Notes under the pieces: generated by a model
Database searches by the model: none
What the model saw: only the letters and a program-made list of their open reading frames with translations
What the model was told of the DNA's origin: nothing
Position numbers and translations under genes: made by a program
Shown: in pieces, positions 38,572-49,980 of the stretch
Layout: the number at the start of each line of letters is the position of its first letter
How positions within the stretch are numbered: position 1 is the first letter of the stretch
Source of the DNA: Yuukianura sp. NJ FZ-2021
Taxonomy: Eukaryota
Assembly (NCBI GenBank): GCA_046563655.1
Contig: CM102283.1
Location: 9,858,001 to 9,922,000 of the forward strand
Length of the DNA: 64,000 nt
Reading direction: 5' to 3'

Positions 38572-40282
38572 CGGTGGGCGGTGCAACCCGACTCCTCGCA
38601 GTCCCCCCCTTGGTCGCCCCCCTCCAGCAGCCTCCCTTCACTGCTCTAAACAGGAGTCGCGTGTCTGCAATTTCAAAACACTTTCACAAAAATACTTTCT
38701 CCTCAATTACAAAGTATGTTCAACTTTAAAGAAGCTGAATCACTGCCCTTCAACAAGCCCGACTGAAAGAAGCAAGAATAATCTCAACTTCTTCAACTAT
38801 AGAAAATCAACCACTCCATAAACAAGATACTTTTTCAAACTCGTGATTTGACCAAATTTGAATCAATTCAACAAGTCCAATTTCAAAAAAGCTCATTCAT
38901 CTACACTTTTGTGTCACAATTTCAGAAAGGAACAATTTCAAAAACTTAGTGTTTGTGAAAGTGCATCATACAACGATTTGCCAAAGAAAAAAATGCTCCT
39001 GGAAAATAAATTTTTGAACCCAGCAGCAACTCGAAGAAAACGCAGAATTCCGAAATTCAGTTTTGAGGCAAAGGTAGGACTTAGAAAGAAGAAAAACGAA
39101 GAAATAATTAAAATTAGTTAATTTAAACTATTAATTAACGAGTGATGAATTGCAGCTGAGCTGCACAAGTCCTAAAAAGCATGAAATTGAGATGAAAGGT
39201 AAAAGTTAGTGGACGGTGCTCAAGTTGTTTTTACTAATTTAATTATTGAATTGATAATCGTAGATAATTTAGTCCAAAATAAAACATTTTATATGTAACT
39301 TGTGTGTGTAGTTACTAGGAGTCTACTTAGGATTTTACAGGTTTGTTGGATGTGGTAAGGCAAGTACTTACTCTAACACACGAAACAAACACTTTTCTAA
39401 CTTAGAAACATCAATCCTCCTCCACCTTTCACCTTTTCTTCATTTCACTTTTCAACAAACAGTGTTAGAACTAACTCACAAACAAGTTAAGTAATAATAT
39501 CTGCTCAAAATTTAAGAGACGGAGGATCTAAAAACCTGATTTGTGTTAAAATCATTTTTACAGTTAATCGGTTACTCTAATTAAGAATGTCCTAATTTTA
39601 ACACTTGTTTAAAATTTTGAAACTGATGAGATTAATCATAAACTAAACTAAACATTCGGCCTCAAAACAATTGAGTCAACTAATAACTGTAACTTTTGAG
39701 TTTGAAAGTGTAATTCTCAAAGTCAGCACTCAATCTACTTGATTCCAAATTTTGTCTAAATTTGACAAGACCAATGAAGACAACAAATCCACCAACAACG
39801 TTTCGTCTCACAACTAAAAAGTGAAGGAAGAACAACACGATTTCTACAACAAACCCAAAACTAAAAACTAAATTATTTCTGTATGTTAACATTCTTATTT
39901 TACTAAAACTACCAACATAAGTTCACTTTTCCTTGGAAATCAATATGCGAAAAAATCAACTCAAATCAAAACTCTGGTTAAATTGTCACGATTCCATACC
40001 AGTCCTTTTTTTTTGTTTTAGCATTACTTTTTCTAGAAAAAAAAAACCTAAAATGTTCTTTTTTTGTCATTTTCTAAGAATTTTTGTTAGGCGTAGCGAA
40101 GAGTCGATGAAAGTTGTAAACTTAGCGGCCACTCTTAGTCCTTAGCCCCCTTGACAGAATCACATGCTCACACAGCCACTCTTAAGTTGAGTTTAAAAAC
40201 AATAAAGCACACTGTCGAACTTTAGTTAATCAACTTCCTTGAGTTGATTGCGATTCGAAGTAAGTGAAGGAAGTTGAATTAG

Positions 40283-42989
40283 TTACTGTGTAGAAGTGGT
40301 CGTGGTAAAAATTGACTTGACGACGGGAGGAGGCGGAATTGCGGCAGCAGAGTCGACGATGGGCCACTTTGTTGGACTGTCCACTGGCCTCGCCCATGCG
40401 CAGTTGTCGGCTTCTTTGATTTCAATCAGTTCAGAGGCCTTAATTGCATTGAGTACAACGGAGTAGTCTTGTGTCATTGATTGGATCCGGAAGAACGAAG
40501 AAATTAAACTAATCGGGATGTAGCCCTCTCCGTCCATCTTCCGCCGCAAGTAAAAGTCTCGATCCAAGTTCTCCTCGCTAAAATAGTATTCGCTGAAACA
40601 CAAAGGAATTAAATTAATTGCAATTCTTAATTACTTTTTAAAATAGTGTTATTACATTTGTTTCTGGATGAGTTGGCTTAGTACGGCGTCGTCAATGGGT
40701 ATGGGTGCATATGCGTATGCTTGAGCATCAGGAGGAGGAGAGTAAGTGGCAAAGGTGGTGTAGGGCATAACGAATTCAGTCAGCGGGGGGAAGAGGGGGT
40801 TCATGCTCCCAAATTCCGGTGGGTACTCGTACCCTTCTCCAGTCTCTTCTGGAACTTGTGATGGGTCACTCGTCTCCTTGTAGAATTTGTAGTAACCATG
40901 GCGATGCTTCCCTTTGTGGCCATTTCTACCATTTCGAAGTGCCCCACCTCTGTTGCTACGCGGAAGTCCTTCTGTGGGAGTTGCACTCTCACTACTGTTA
41001 TGATCTGTCGTAAAATTACTATCATCAAACAAATCTTTCCACAGAGGTCAATAGCTTTTTATAGACTTTTATAGCTTTTTAACACAAACGACTTGATTTT
41101 ACTCACCGCCGGCCGGAGGACCGCCGTTGTTGTGCTGACTGATGGTTGGTCGCTGCTGCTCAAACTTGTCTCTGATTCTTTTCTTGGGTTTGGGCGGTTG
41201 CTTCGGAGGTTCGTCTTCCAGGATGAGCGGAACCCACTTCTGTTTGGAAGCTAAGAACATGAATAAGTTAGGAACGTGAATGATTCAGAAGGTGAGGGCA
41301 TAATGTCATGTTGTGAGACTCACATTTCTTGTTTTTCTTCTTCTTCTTCAAGTCTCCAGATGCAGCGTCCCCTTCTCCAGTTTCTTCGTTTCCTGCCGCA
41401 TCACTCGACATCCCATCTCCACTCCCATGTCTTGATTGTCTCTTCTCCTCAACTGGTTGGTCATGGCCCTTCCCAACTCCATTTGACACCAAAGGCAGTG
41501 GCCACTTTTCATCACTCAGCTCCGGTGGTCCCGTTATTCTCTGCAAATAAAAATGACCTTGAAACTACTTTAAAAAAAACATTGGAGTGTGAAACATACG
41601 AGTATTTCCTCGTTGCCAGAGTCAGTGGCTGATTCGGAAGGTGTTTGCGATGTAAAGCTCAAGGTATTGACTTCGGCTGGACGAACTGTGGGCTTAACAG
41701 CGTCGTCCAGAGAAGGCCACATATCCACCGTCGCTCCAACTTTCCCCTTTGTCGTTCCAGCCACCACAGAACTTGAACTTTGCCCTGGAAAACAGAAAAG
41801 ATTAAAGTTAAATTCATCAAAATACTTATCATTCCTTTTTACACACATTTAGATTAGTAAGTGCACGAAGGTCTCAAGAAGTCAAGTTCTCGTACTTGAC
41901 CTTGGAACTCGCAAATTCTACGCTTTTCACTAAAGACTAAACTATTCCCTTGGAGACAATTCTAAAAGTCACCTTTTAGCTAGTAGACTAGACGCTATCC
42001 AAGTAAATTGATAACGCAAAGAAAAATTGGCAACTCCTAGATAAGACGCGTAAACATAACAAAAGTGTGCAAAAATCTCAACTAGGGAAAGGAATGGTTT
42101 TCCTATATTAAAGTTCAAATGAATCGTGTGGAGATTTACCTGGAGCTGAAGTTTGAGCAATGTCAGATTTTGTGTGTGGACCGGAAATAGCGGCTGCTCG
42201 AATCTTCCAGACTGAAGGGGGCGGTGGGGGGACGAAGGACTCTGTCTGAGGTCGTGGAGGATTCTGACTCTGGTCATCCTGCTCTTGAGGTTTAGCGTTT
42301 TGAGGCACCGAATTCGTCTTTCCACTAATAGTCTTCACTGGGGTGTCTTCCTCGCTACCATTACAAGCTGAGGCAACGAGGGAGATGGCCAATGGCTTCA
42401 TATCAAAAGTACTGACTGGTGAACTGCATGGATCTCCGTTTCCTGTAATTCCAAAAAATGAAGTTAAACTTATGTTACAAGTATTAAAACAGTTTTGAAT
42501 TTGACCTGGACTTGGAGGAACTTGTATTTTGAGTGGTTTTTCTCCAGCGGCGATGCGAGCCCAAGCCATGACTGGCGGTGAGGGTGTGGTGAGTGGCGGT
42601 TGTGGCTTTGGTAGGACTGATTCAGTAGTCTGAGTCTCTTCTGGTCGTGAGTCCGAGTCCTTCGGAAGTTCTTCTGGAATGCTTGATGCAGAACTGTTAC
42701 TGTTAGTCCCACTACTTCCACTGTGTGGTGGTCCATACTGCCGATGATAGTGTCTCCCATTCCCATTCCCGTAACCATGGTAGCCCCCATATCCATTGTT
42801 GTGTCGTCGATTAGTCTGTCGATTCTGTTGTTGCTGTTGAAGGTGCATGAGTCTGACTGTGCGCTTGCTCACAACCGTCTGGAATCCGTCATCATCTTCC
42901 TCTACTTCCGCTTCATGCTGCGGAGGTTGAAGGTCAGGCAGTTCAGCGTTTCTGGCTCCTCCTTCCGTGACAACCTTTGAGCTCGTCAT
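40283..42989 (-). CDS. larp: La-related protein, Larp1-like (La motif; no DM15 domain found)
   Basis: Exons complement(42506..42989, 42140..42442, 41600..41784, 41324..41540, 41107..41250, 40656..41034, 40283..40592), all GT-AG and frame-consistent. La motif [47 protein letters not shown]. Larp1-type KQKWVPL and DxWPSL motifs. Confidence 0.88.
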
Positions 42990-44605
42990 GATGTCGATTG
43001 TCCAAATGTACAAATGTAGATTACTAAATTACTAATTTACACTAAAACGGGAAGTAAAAGTGCTAAATGTTCTTAGCTAACTGTATAGTTTAAAAGGGGG
43101 CTGCGACTAACTTGCTTGCGTGTTTCCGGACACAGTCACTCAAAAGTTGATGGAACACAGAAGGTAGTTAAACAGCTGAGCCGGGTAATTGGTGACTTAG
43201 TTTACTTGCTTCGTATTCTGTGATACACTTGTTGACTGTGAGTGGATCCACTGAACTGAGCGACAAGTGAGCTAGAAGTATACTGGAACAGGGTCACTCT
43301 CATTTCCAAGTGATGACTGGAGGTGTTAATTGTTGACAGAGTAAGTGGACTTGGACAACAATTAATTAGTTGGTCAATTGTTTGTTTCGGTGAGTGGCGA
43401 GATCCAATGGTTGAAATGTCCCACTTAAAAGTAGCCGGACCGCATGGTGACGATGGTGCAAAAGAGAGGAGTGAGACGGAGGAGGGGCAATCCTATTACA
43501 GTAAAATCCAATGCTCCAAATTACTCCATACAAGGTTATCCAATACCCAGTTCGCAGGCGGGCAACTCATTCTGCTACCCGGGTATTACACTTACACAAC
43601 ATAATAATTTGTTCATTATATCAACAAATCCAAAAACAGCAATATTCTTTAGTCCAAAATGTAATTTCTTTTCGTTTTCTTTCTGTTTTCAATAATAAAA
43701 TTATAGGAAACTAAAAGTGTGAAGGTCGGGAGAAGGAGAATTGGGTTATGAATTTGGTTTATTTATTGCAGTTGGAATGAAAAGGAAGTAAGTAAATTGT
43801 TCTGCAGTTTAATTAGTTTTAATTAATTAACCAATTGAGGTAAGGTTGTCCAACATTTTGTGTGATGGGTGGAATTGGTGAATACTGGAATAGAGGCAGG
43901 AAGGAGATGAAATGTAATCCTGGAATACGTTGCTTTTCCTCCCTAGAGATGTCACGTCATTCGCACAGATTCTGGAATGGAATTCCAGGAACAAGGAAAG
44001 TACTAAGCTCTCTCAATCAACATTAGTCCTAATTACTTTTCAGAATTTCTACAAGCAGGGAAGTGGTTTGCAAATTGCAATGATGACTTTCTCCACTTCA
44101 CTCATTCTGCCAAATTGCCATTCTCATAACCCTCATGATGATTGACACTTCTCCTCAAACGCATTTCTACTTTTTTAAAAACTCAAAAATCATTTTCAAA
44201 ATCAAGATGTCCGACGTAGATCCAGTTCCACAATCCAAAAAGTCTAGTAACTATCAATTCTAGATGAGAGTAGACAGCAATATTACCCATATTGAGAGGC
44301 TGACCTTTGACCCTCAACATTTCGTTTTTCTTCATTTCTGCAATTTCAGTTGGCAAAAACAAATCAAACTAAAGCCTAGAATTCATGTTATTTTGGTTTC
44401 GGATAGTAGTACTGCGTTTAAAAACTCTGAGAATGGAAATGCGTTAATTTCTTAAATGGTGCTTGTAATTGGAAAGTAATTGCGGAATTTAATTTGTCTC
44501 CAATGAATGAGTTAAAAAAACAACAATTAGTTCAACTATTTTTCATTTGGACTTTCACTATTCCCAACATTCTCCAATTTCCGAGTTGCGACTAAAAGTT
44601 GTAGT

Positions 44606-44884
44606 CAGTGTTCCCAGTTTCGGTCACTTTTTCAAATTTTGGTCTGAAATGTCTGAAACGACTAAAATGACCGAAATGTCCGACCAAAATGCATACACGG
44701 TATGCACATGCGCCGTGTGCCCAACCTGGCCACGCCTCCCAAATTTTCAAATCTCCCGCACCTCCTGTAGGGTTAAAATTAGTTTTGGTCATTTCGGTCG
44801 ACTGAAAGGGTTTGGACCGAAATGCCCAAAACACGTTTCCGGGCGGACGACCAGAATGTCCAGTGACTGAAACTGGGAACACTG
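44606..44884. mobile_element. hAT-type MITE (279 bp)
   Basis: 23-bp TIR cagtgttcccagtttc(g/a)gtcact with 1 mismatch. 8-bp TSD gttgtagt at 44598-44605 and 44885-44892. Subterminal accgaaatg-like repeats in both orientations. Confidence 0.9.
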
Positions 44885-46345
44885 GTTGTAGTTGAAAAGC
44901 CTATAAGTAGGGAACTGTAAATTGTGAAGGCAGTCACGGAGTGTTGACTGTGGGAAGGAAACACAAATCACAGAATGATTTAAGCTACCATCACTTCCTT
45001 CAAGACAACTTCATTTCTTTTTAGAAAAGTTTAGAAATTTCAAACAACCTTCTTGTCCAAAAGTGTCGACAACCTCCTTACACGGGAACGCTATAATTAA
45101 ATCCCCCCATAATCTTGCCAACATTTTCAAAACACAAATCTCAAATCCATTTTTTACAAAAGGTGTCAACACTCTTCACTCTAAATGGACCGCATTCAAA
45201 TCCAAACGTTTAACCTCTCCTCATTTTCAATCCAAATCAAAAATCCTCTTCTCAATTTCTAAAAAACTACAAACTTTTTGGCGTCACTTTTTTTCAAAAT
45301 TTTGCAGTCCTTTTTGCTTTTTTTCTTCACATGTGCGTCTATAATCATTCCAGAAAAAAGTAGTTGGTATAATGGAATGCAATTTTAGTTGAAATTCCCA
45401 AGGGACTAATAAAATTTCACTCTCAACTTTTGAAACCATTTGGAGAGACTCTGTTCAATTGGCATTTCTCAATTCCCCAACATTTTTAGTTGTGGTTGAA
45501 TGTTGTTTACTAGTAAATTTGTGATTTTGATTAGATTGGATTAGTGTAGAGGTGAGTTTGTGAGTAACTGGATTAAGACCAGGTTGACCGACTTTTGAAG
45601 TCAATTTGAAATTTTAGCGGCAGAGTGAATCGGTTTGTAGTTTGGAGATGAATGAAGCGTCTCGAGATTGAATTTAAGCTGGAGACTTGACGCTTCGTTT
45701 GCGACTAACGCAGGACCCTCATTCATCTTGTCCAAGGCCACTCTGTCATCACAAACAAAATGACAAAACGCCCCCCACTGCGACTTAAACACAAAAACCT
45801 AATTGTTCTATTAATTTCCCAGGTCAATTGACCACAATTAATTCCAGACTTTCACTTTTAGTCATCATGGGAAACTATATTTTGAGTAATAACATTTAAA
45901 TTAAATAGAAATAAGTTATTTGTAGTTAAGGGACGACAGAGAGGGGGCTGGAGATTGATGTTGGGAGAAATTAGGAGTAACGAACATTTCCGGAAGGGCA
46001 GGGACCCTTCAAGAGTTACATTTTTAATTAACCAAAACATAATAGACGACAGCCACAACATAAATCCCAACCAAAAGTCCATGTCCAAGGGCTCGTGGAC
46101 CTCGAAGATGAAATTGAAGACCCTTAAGGGTCCTGCCTGAACCTAATGACTTAAGTGGTCCATAAATGTCACCTCGCAGATTCACAGTCAATTGGGATCT
46201 ACTGGGAGACATTGAATGAGCGTCTGTAGACTTGTGACTTATGAAAAGGAGGTTCCAGCGAGGAGATTGTCAGACGACAAGCAGCAGTCACACAAACAAC
46301 ATCTAAAATATCATCTCTCATATTTCAGACGAGGACAAGTGGATC

Positions 46346-46408
46346 TACGAGGTCACTTTAACTGCATACGAGGTCAGTTTAAGTCCATACGAGGTCACTC
46401 TGCAAATG
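46346..46408. repeat. 21-bp tandem repeat x3 (tacgaggtca... core)
   Basis: tacgaggtca starts at 46346, 46367 and 46388. Confidence 0.8.
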
Positions 46409-48166
46409 ACCTTGACCTTTGACACGATGGAGGACTGCAAGACACTTCGTGGACGGAGGAACAGGACGCAGTTTTCACCAGAGCAGTTGGCTGCTCTGGA
46501 GAAAGTGTTTGAGAGGACGCATTACCCAGACGCTTTTGCACGCGAGGAACTCGCCAGGAAAGTCGCTTTGACTGAAATTAGAGTTCAGGTAATCATTCCT
46601 TAATTAATTAATTAATCAAAAACTTAAAAGTTAAGTTTTTTAATTAAGAATGTGATTGTGACTTACTCGGTTATTTGGGTGCTGAAAAAGAGATTTTTAA
46701 GTTTTTGGGTGAAAGCGATACAAAGTTGAAAATTGTGTCAGTTTTCCTTTGAACCTTCGCACATGTTGACTTTCTCTATACTTTACCCTTGTGTTCCTGT
46801 CATGTCAGAGTTGTTTACTTACTCCTGTGGGGTAAGTGACAACATGTGTGGGTAGTCATGTCAATGTCATCTCGTCATCTTCGCTTTTTCAAAGTGTCAT
46901 CGCTTACGAGGAAACTGTTCGAAAAGAGGCGGAGTTCTCTATGATATGACTCTTTTTCTCTAGAATTTTAAAAAGTTCAACTTTGAACTTTGAAGGAAAA
47001 ACTTTGAAGTTTTCCGATTCGTATGAAGTCTTTTTGACATTAGAATTTGGGGGGCATGAAATCGGGAGAAGTTTTGTGGCTGACTGTGTTTCGATGAGAG
47101 GTTATTGACGATGCGTATCGTTTCTACAAAATCCACATGTGCAGTCGTGTTTTCCGTTTTTAAAAAAAAGTTTTGATCAGACAAGTTCTAAAGTAAAGTT
47201 ACCTCTGCTTTTACTTCTTTCTGTTCCGAAAAGCTTTTCAAAATTAGAAATCATCAAGGGACCACTAAATCCAAAGTGCTTAGGCAAAACAAACTAAAAT
47301 TGCCTCCGTCCATGCTTTCTCAAAATTTGTTCTTTCGCGTTCTAAATTCAGAAAAATCTATCAACTATTTCAAAAGTTTCCATAAAAAACTTTATATTCT
47401 AAGCAGCTAAGATGAAATATTTTTGAAAGGACGCCATCACTGGTGGTATGTTTTCAACTCATTGCATCAATTCACTCATTTTCTTACAATTTAAAAGTTT
47501 TTTTTCTGTTTCAGGTTTGGTTTCAAAATCGACGTGCCAAATTCCGTCGTAACGAGCGCTCTTCACTTGGACTTTCAAATTCCAACACGACGAGTGTGAT
47601 TGTTTCCAACGACAAACAGCAGCAGTTGATCCAACCAATGCACAAGGTCACCAAATTGGATCACTTTCAACATGAAGCAAAAGTCAAACCACGCTCCACC
47701 CGCTCAAGTATTCCGCCACCAAGAATACTTCCGCAGTACTTGGTGGGGCAGCACTGCTCTCTTCCAGCATTGTCACCCGGGGTTCCACCGAACGTCGTTG
47801 TTCGAACTTCAGTCTTTCCTCCTCCCACCAATCGCCAGTCTCCGATTGGCCAAGCACAGGAGTATACTCAGGTGAACCAATAATTACTTCTTAATATATT
47901 AAGAAATATCATATATTATAATATTCATGATACAGGAGTACTCGGCAGTGAACAGTTTCTACAGTATGTGTCGGAATGCTGCATTTCACTACAACAATCC
48001 AAACCACTTGGCACATGCGCATCACTTCAACTACAATACGCAGTATCCCTCTTTTCAACAAGTGACATTCAGCCCAAATGCTGCTCAAATCCATACTGCC
48101 CACCACTGCCCACAACTCCCGCCACCTTATCCAGAAAACATGGACTACGCATGGGACATCGACTGA
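46406..48166 (+). CDS. Prrx: Paired-like (PRD class, Q50) homeobox protein of the Prrx family (Drosophila CG9876-like); 5' end uncertain
   Basis: Exons 46406..46588, 47515..47871, 47936..48166 (phase 0). Homeodomain [60 protein letters not shown], with the typical PRD-class intron between Q and [11 protein letters not shown] and KFRRNER match Prrx1/2. The frame is also open upstream to an acceptor at 46329. Confidence 0.88.
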
Positions 48167-48435
48167 ACATTTCTCCGTCGACAGTTTCTCCGCGGACAAT
48201 TTGTCTCCGCACAAAGACAGGTCGCATAAATGAACGATTTGAAAATATATTTTGACTTTATATTTTATAAAAATTGGACCTGAGCTTACATTTAAATGAG
48301 CTAGAAAGGTGTTAGACTAATATGGCATTTGATTAATTATCTTAATTAATTAATTTTTGTAGTCTCTAGAATTGTACACATAACAAAGTGGATAAAAACA
48401 AGTGGGAAGAAGTGACTTAGTTTTTGTACAAGTAT

Positions 48436-49038
48436 TTACCACCATTCGAACCTTGGTGGGGAAACTTTGAGTCGTGGTGGGATGACCTTGACCCGTGGAG
48501 CTCTGAAGTGGATGCGTGGTCGAGTGACCTTGAGGCGGGGCAGAGTCGGCACCCAGATATACCTCCCCTTGATGGCCTTCTTTCGCGGCTTCTTCACCAC
48601 GATCACTGTCGTGTGGTGGACTGTCGGAGTGTAGGATTTGTAAGACTCTACTGGTGGACCATAACTTGCCTTCGGAGATTCGTACCCACCTTTTGGTGGG
48701 CCATATTCGGTTTTTGGTGGGCCGTATTCGGTTTTTGGTGGGCCATAGCTTGTGGAAGGCGCTCCGTAAGATTGAGATTCTTTGGGTGCGTTGTATCCAC
48801 TGTAGTCTTCTTTGACTCCGATGGATCCCCACGGTTGACTGTTGGTGTAAGAACTCGGTGGCTCCCCGCCCACCATCCCCAGAATCCACGCTGAAAACTG
48901 TTCCAAATAAAGTTTCAATTTGAAAATATTTTGCATTTGAGAATTACAAATTTTTAGCTTAAAGTGTTTCACAAAACTTCGTCTAAGTTTAGCTTTAAAA
49001 ATTGAACTTTCTCTTACGAAAAGTATGAGAGGCTTCAT
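48436..49038 (-). CDS. Secreted YGPP-repeat protein (cuticular/extensin-like) with a basic Pro-Arg-rich C-terminus
   Basis: Exons complement(49018..49038, 48436..48897). Translation: MKPLILF|FSAWILGMVGG-EPPSSY...SYGAPSTSYGPPKTEYGPPKTEYGPPK...PPRFEWW*. Confidence 0.85.
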   Translation of the reverse strand: MKPLILFVRESSIFKAKLRRSFVKHFKLKICNSQMQNIFKLKLYLEQFSAWILGMVGGEPPSSYTNSQPWGSIGVKEDYSGYNAPKESQSYGAPSTSYGPPKTEYGPPKTEYGPPKGGYESPKASYGPPVESYKSYTPTVHHTTVIVVKKPRKKAIKGRYIWVPTLPRLKVTRPRIHFRAPRVKVIPPRLKVSPPRFEWW

Positions 49039-49879
49039 GATGCCTATGGATTCTCCTGCTTTCACTTGATTTGGATTTGGGTAATTCCTTTCCAAACAAA
49101 AAACTGAGAGTGGAAATTCCAATTTGCACTTGTTAGAATTTATATACTTCCTTCTGCAACGGCGGAAGAGTGAATGAACTGCCGCATAAAGTCAAATTGA
49201 GTTTTTATAAGTGCGTCTCCATTTCCCTTGCAGAATTTCAACTTTTTTGAATATGAGACGAAAAGGAAGGAAATCCACCCCAAAATACAAATTGAACGTT
49301 ATGGAGATGGGATGTCACTAATGAGCAGAAAGGCGGAATTCTTAGTAATCGTCACCACCAACCATTCTTTAAAATTAGCACTTGAGTCCCCTCCCTATAG
49401 CCAATCCCTTAACTGACCTAACTTCCTGCCATCTTCATCTTATGCAATCTCTGCCAATCCTAAATGTGTAAATACTGAAAGTACATGATCAAACGATTGA
49501 CCGGAAGTGAGGAAGTCAGTTCGAAGCCAGTCAAACCACTTCAAGTCCCCCCACCAGTTCCCTTCACTTAAATTACGTAAGTCCTTACATAAGTTTGTGG
49601 GAGACAACTTTCAAGACAGGTCACATCGATGATCAGTTGAGGTGGCCATTCATCATCCACTGTGGACTGCACGCTGTGAAGTGGCCCTTACAGCGCCCTT
49701 TTGTTACCAAATTTTGTGTCCCTTCCACTCCCTCCGTCCCTTCAATTTATTGACACACTGTCAAGCCTACTCACATTTCAAACTATTATTAGCCAATTCC
49801 AGCTTTTCGTAATGTCATAATGTAATTTTAAAAAAAAATTTTTCTGGGTGGAGAAAGTTCTAAAAACCTAAATTATATT

Positions 49880-49980
49880 GAAGAATTCCAAATTTCAAGA
49901 CGCAAAAAAATTAGTAGGAAAATGAACCAATTTAAATAGAAGAATTCCAAATTTCAAGACGCAAAATATTTAGTAGGAAA
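49880..49980. repeat. Local tandem duplication (~59-bp period, 2 copies)
   Basis: gaagaattccaaatttcaagacgcaaaa...ttagtaggaaa occurs twice. Confidence 0.75.

Noticed and set aside
42443-49017. In-frame stop-free introns in larp (42443..42505) and the YGPP gene (48898..49017)
   Set aside because: Canonical GT-AG sites and AT-rich content; open frames of this length can arise by chance, so there is no evidence for retention.
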